Assembly: GCA_965224085.1 (NCBI GenBank)
Contig: CBDCYI010000004.1
Coordinates: forward strand, 1,376,001 to 1,440,000
Direction of reading: 5' to 3'
DNA length: 64,000 nucleotides
Source of the DNA: Candidatus Marinacidobacterales bacterium
Lineage (GTDB): Bacteria > Acidobacteriota > Vicinamibacteria > Marinacidobacterales > SMYC01
The notes beneath the pieces are model-generated. The model made no database searches, was not told where the DNA came from, and saw nothing but the letters and a program-made list of their open reading frames with translations. A program made the translations under genes and the position numbers. Shown piece after piece: positions 60,885 through 64,000 of the stretch. How positions within the stretch are numbered: the first letter of the stretch is position 1; each line of letters starts with the position of its first letter.

Positions 60885-61225
60885 TGGTGGCCTCCTTGAA
60901 TGCCATACCACGCAAACGAATCGAGGACATGCCCCCGCCTGCCCTGGCCGGCATCTCTTATCCTGAATGCGCTCAGGTGGCGGAAGCCATGGCCGCCCGC
61001 GATGCCCGGGTCATTTTTGACACCATGCGTCCGGTAGGCGATGAGTTTTGGAATCTCATCGATGGCCGACGCACGATCGCCGACATTGCGGAGGCCCTTT
61101 GTATGCAGTTCGACGTCGACGTGGACGCGGAGCTGTTCATACCTATTGCAGAGTTGTTGATCCTGGCGGATTTCATCACTTTGGACGAAACGAGAGACCG
61201 ACCGACGAGTCGTCAGAGTCAATAA
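60881..61225 (+). CDS. Small PqqD/winged-helix-like protein
   Basis: EFWNLIDGRRTIADIAEALCMQFDVD; start overlaps the upstream stop. Confidence 0.65.
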   Translation: MMVASLNAIPRKRIEDMPPPALAGISYPECAQVAEAMAARDARVIFDTMRPVGDEFWNLIDGRRTIADIAEALCMQFDVDVDAELFIPIAELLILADFITLDETRDRPTSRQSQ

Positions 61226-61240
61226 CTTCAGGCGAGAGCG

Positions 61241-61936
61241 ATGATGTTCTTCCGGCATCCGTTGACCCTGTTGACCAAAGCGGTGCCGGCTCTCGATCTA
61301 AACCGGGACAATGTTTGTCTGCTGCTGCAGGATCTGCATTCTCCGTTTGCCGACGCCAAAGGCGGATGGTTGGCCGCTCGGGCCAAATCCAAAGTGCTCA
61401 TGACCGAGTTTCAAGAGTATTTCCGCGCCCTGGATTCGAGCCTCTCCAACATCACTCGTATATTGAATGTGGTCCGCGCTCTGGGCCTGCCCGTCATTTA
61501 TAGCTGCCTTGGTTACCGTCCGCCCCAGAGCCCATCTGAATTTCAGATGGCGACGGGGTGGACTTGGAACTTGAATGGTCCTGACGGGACATTCATGGCA
61601 GCCGTTCACCCCGCCGATAGCGAATCGGTCTTTAGCAAACCTGGGTGGGGCGCCTTGGCAAACGCCGAGCTCGAGGGTTTTTTGCGTGAGCGTGGTATCC
61701 GGTACGTGATCGTGGCTGGCGTGCTGCTCGACTTCGGTATTTACCAGACCTGCGGGGAGCTGGCCGACCGGGGCATCGGTAGCCTGGTCATCTCCGATGG
61801 CGTTGCGTCGATCACCGGGGCAGGTCAAACCTACGTTCGTGGTCACGCCGCTCATGGCCTTACGAAGCTCAGGTCAACCGGCGAGATGCTCGATCTGTTG
61901 AGCAAGCTCGAAGCCACGGGAAACGTACGTATCTGA
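61241..61936 (+). CDS. Isochorismatase/cysteine hydrolase-fold protein
   Basis: LLLQDLH..F, R..GLPVIY, P...E.VF.K, LR..GI..VIVAGV, ADRG, DGVAS. Confidence 0.85.
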   Translation: MMFFRHPLTLLTKAVPALDLNRDNVCLLLQDLHSPFADAKGGWLAARAKSKVLMTEFQEYFRALDSSLSNITRILNVVRALGLPVIYSCLGYRPPQSPSEFQMATGWTWNLNGPDGTFMAAVHPADSESVFSKPGWGALANAELEGFLRERGIRYVIVAGVLLDFGIYQTCGELADRGIGSLVISDGVASITGAGQTYVRGHAAHGLTKLRSTGEMLDLLSKLEATGNVRI

Positions 61937-61945
61937 CCCCGTCCG

Positions 61946-62905
61946 ATGATTCAGACCGTTCTCGGAACAATCCATCCGGATGAGTTGGGCGTCTGTCTAC
62001 CTCACGAGCACATATGGTGTGACCAGAGACTTGCCCCGCGAGCGGATCTGTTCGACGTCACGCGTTTCACAGACAGCTTCATGTGTCTCAATCACTTTGA
62101 TCGCATGGTCTCCGAGTTGAAAGCCTATCGAGAGGCGGGAGGCCGGGCCATCGTCGAGGTCACTTGCGACGGCTGGGGACGCGACGTGGAAGTCCTGGCC
62201 CGGCTGTCTGAAGCGGCAGAAGTTCATATCATCGCCACGACAGGCTTTTATGTCGAGCCTTGCATGCCGCGCTACGTGGCGGACTGGTCGGTGGCGAGAC
62301 TGGCAGACCATATCACCCGTGAGATCGAAGAGGGTACGGGTCCGAACCACCGCCGATGCGGGGTTGTGAAGTCGGCTATCCATCGAGCTCGCGTCGAGGG
62401 ACTCGAGGCAAAAGGGCTGGAGGCGGTGGCCATCGCTCAGAAGAGAACCGGGGTTGCGATTACCACCCACACCACCGGCTCGCGTCGCCAGGAGATCCCC
62501 GGGGGTAATGCAGGCGTGGAACAGCTCGAGCTTTTGAAGAGTCGGGACGTGAATCCCACGCGTCTTATCATCGGCCACGTAGACGAACGGCCGGACCTCG
62601 ACGTTCTCTCAGCCCTGGCCGCCGAAGGATGCTTCATCCAGTTCGATGTCATCGGCAAGCAGCACTGGCTCCTGGACGAGACGCGGGCGGAGCTGATTCA
62701 AGCCTTCGTCGAACGCGGCTACTTGGAGCACTTGCTATTATCTCAAGACAGGAATCGGGACGACGAGATGCGATACCGGGGCAATACTGGCTATTGCCAT
62801 ATTCTTGAATCCTTCCTGCCTCGTTTACATCAACTGGGCGTCACCGCAGAGCAGATCCAAGCGATGATGGTCTATAATCCCGCTCGAGCCTTGACCCTCG
62901 CTTGA
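61946..62905 (+). CDS. Phosphotriesterase-family protein
   Basis: IQTVLG.I...LG.CLPHEHI, GRDV..L, IIATTGFY, ITTHT, IIGHVD, LSQD, NPAR. Confidence 0.93.
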   Translation: MIQTVLGTIHPDELGVCLPHEHIWCDQRLAPRADLFDVTRFTDSFMCLNHFDRMVSELKAYREAGGRAIVEVTCDGWGRDVEVLARLSEAAEVHIIATTGFYVEPCMPRYVADWSVARLADHITREIEEGTGPNHRRCGVVKSAIHRARVEGLEAKGLEAVAIAQKRTGVAITTHTTGSRRQEIPGGNAGVEQLELLKSRDVNPTRLIIGHVDERPDLDVLSALAAEGCFIQFDVIGKQHWLLDETRAELIQAFVERGYLEHLLLSQDRNRDDEMRYRGNTGYCHILESFLPRLHQLGVTAEQIQAMMVYNPARALTLA

Positions 62906-63154
62906 CGCCTAAAGATGCCACTTTGCAACGCCACGACGATGATTTCGTCCGTATTAGCAACGTCAAGCCGCTCAAAACAGCTCTTTTTACTTGAAGCAAC
63001 GGGTGTGTTCGAGTTTCACGAGATTTATCCGGGAATCATTGCTTCTTTCTTGTTATGGTTGCCGTCTCCTTGAGCACGCGGCCGAACACGAGCAAGCCAT
63101 CAGGGGGTTGTTTGCGACCAACGTGGCAACCGATGTCTGAGATGAGGTGGAATC

Positions 63155-64000
63155 ATGCGTTTTGCGAATAGATCGATTGCGGCACCTTTACTAATGGCGG
63201 CCGCAGTGGTCTCCATACGACCAGAACCTGAGGCCAACGCCCAGACCCTTGACTTCAAACATTCATGGATCGACGTTGACGGGGTGAATACGCATACCAT
63301 CGAGGCTGGAGGAGGTGACCCGTTCGTCCTGGTGCACGGAGGGCTCGCGTGGTCATCCGGCGAGGCCAACTACGGAGACGTCGTCGGCCCTTTGGGCAAG
63401 CACTTCAGGGCCATCGCTTTGGACATGATCGGCTATGGCAACACCAAGCCCCGAGGCCCCCAGGACTACTCCGGCCAGGCTCAAGCAGAGTTCCTCATCC
63501 GTTTTCTCGAAGCCCTCGACGCCGGACCGGTCTTCCTGACCGGAAACTCACACGGAGGGTTCCTTACGCAGTACGTTGCCCACGAACGGCCGGACCTGGT
63601 CAGGAGGCTCGTCATCACCAACAGCTTGAACGGTACGAATCCCATACCCCCACTACCCGAAGGCAGCAGCTATATCTACGGGCCTGGAGGCCACCAACAT
63701 CAAAGCCAGACCATCGAGCAGATTAGGAGCATGTTGGAACGATACTATCAACACAAGGATCTGGTCACCGAGCAAAGAGTTCAACTGGTTTACGACATCC
63801 ACCAGAAGAACTACGAGTTTGCCGACCTGAGAGGCAAAGCGGTTTCCCACTCGGTCGAGGCCACCAACGAGAACCTGAGCTACAAAGGGAAGCACATATC
63901 GGAGTGGGCCGGGAAGCTCGAGATGCCCGTGCTGCTCATCTGGAGCCAGCCTGGCTCGACGATTGAGTGGGGCCTGTCTCACTTCTTCAAGATCCCCGGA
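63155..64000 (+). CDS. Secreted alpha/beta hydrolase (3'-partial)
   Basis: Read from the sequence (not in the ORF track): MRFANRS...VLVHGG...ALDMIGYG...GNSHGG; open to the window end. Confidence 0.88.
   Translation, partial: MRFANRSIAAPLLMAAAVVSIRPEPEANAQTLDFKHSWIDVDGVNTHTIEAGGGDPFVLVHGGLAWSSGEANYGDVVGPLGKHFRAIALDMIGYGNTKPRGPQDYSGQAQAEFLIRFLEALDAGPVFLTGNSHGGFLTQYVAHERPDLVRRLVITNSLNGTNPIPPLPEGSSYIYGPGGHQHQSQTIEQIRSMLERYYQHKDLVTEQRVQLVYDIHQKNYEFADLRGKAVSHSVEATNENLSYKGKHISEWAGKLEMPVLLIWSQPGSTIEWGLSHFFKIPG

Overview
GC-rich bacterial DNA, probably Acidobacteriota-like (inferred from gene style only). It starts in intact core genes: the 3' part of mfd, two PpiC/SurA-type foldases, an S4 protein, dusB, an MBL hydrolase, a DUF4212/sodium:solute symporter pair, moaA, TetR-trxA and ArsR-CDF. 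It then passes into a heavily decayed accessory region (~22-52 kb) with many frameshifted or internally deleted genes. Mobile elements include IS200/IS605 tnpA, IS1634, IS110, an IS5/IS903-type element and ISNCY and IS91 remnants. A degenerate integron at ~28.6-32.7 kb has an IntI remnant, three attC sites, one clean cassette and two toxin-antitoxin cassettes. The most striking observation is a truncated group II intron inserted on the top strand directly behind an attC core. Its candidate EBS2 and EBS1 sequences are complementary to the attC right arm and core, unlike the known bottom-strand IIC-attC introns. Other notable items are two diverged gene 3'-end duplications bracketing inserted DNA (mfd, amidase), an IS110 non-coding end with a 10-nt match to its flank, a haem c/copper-monooxygenase/TPR plus redoxin pair, and a terminal hydrolase operon with substituted catalytic residues and a PqqD-like small protein. 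No tRNA, rRNA or CRISPR array was seen. All family calls come from motif recognition by eye, without database searches.
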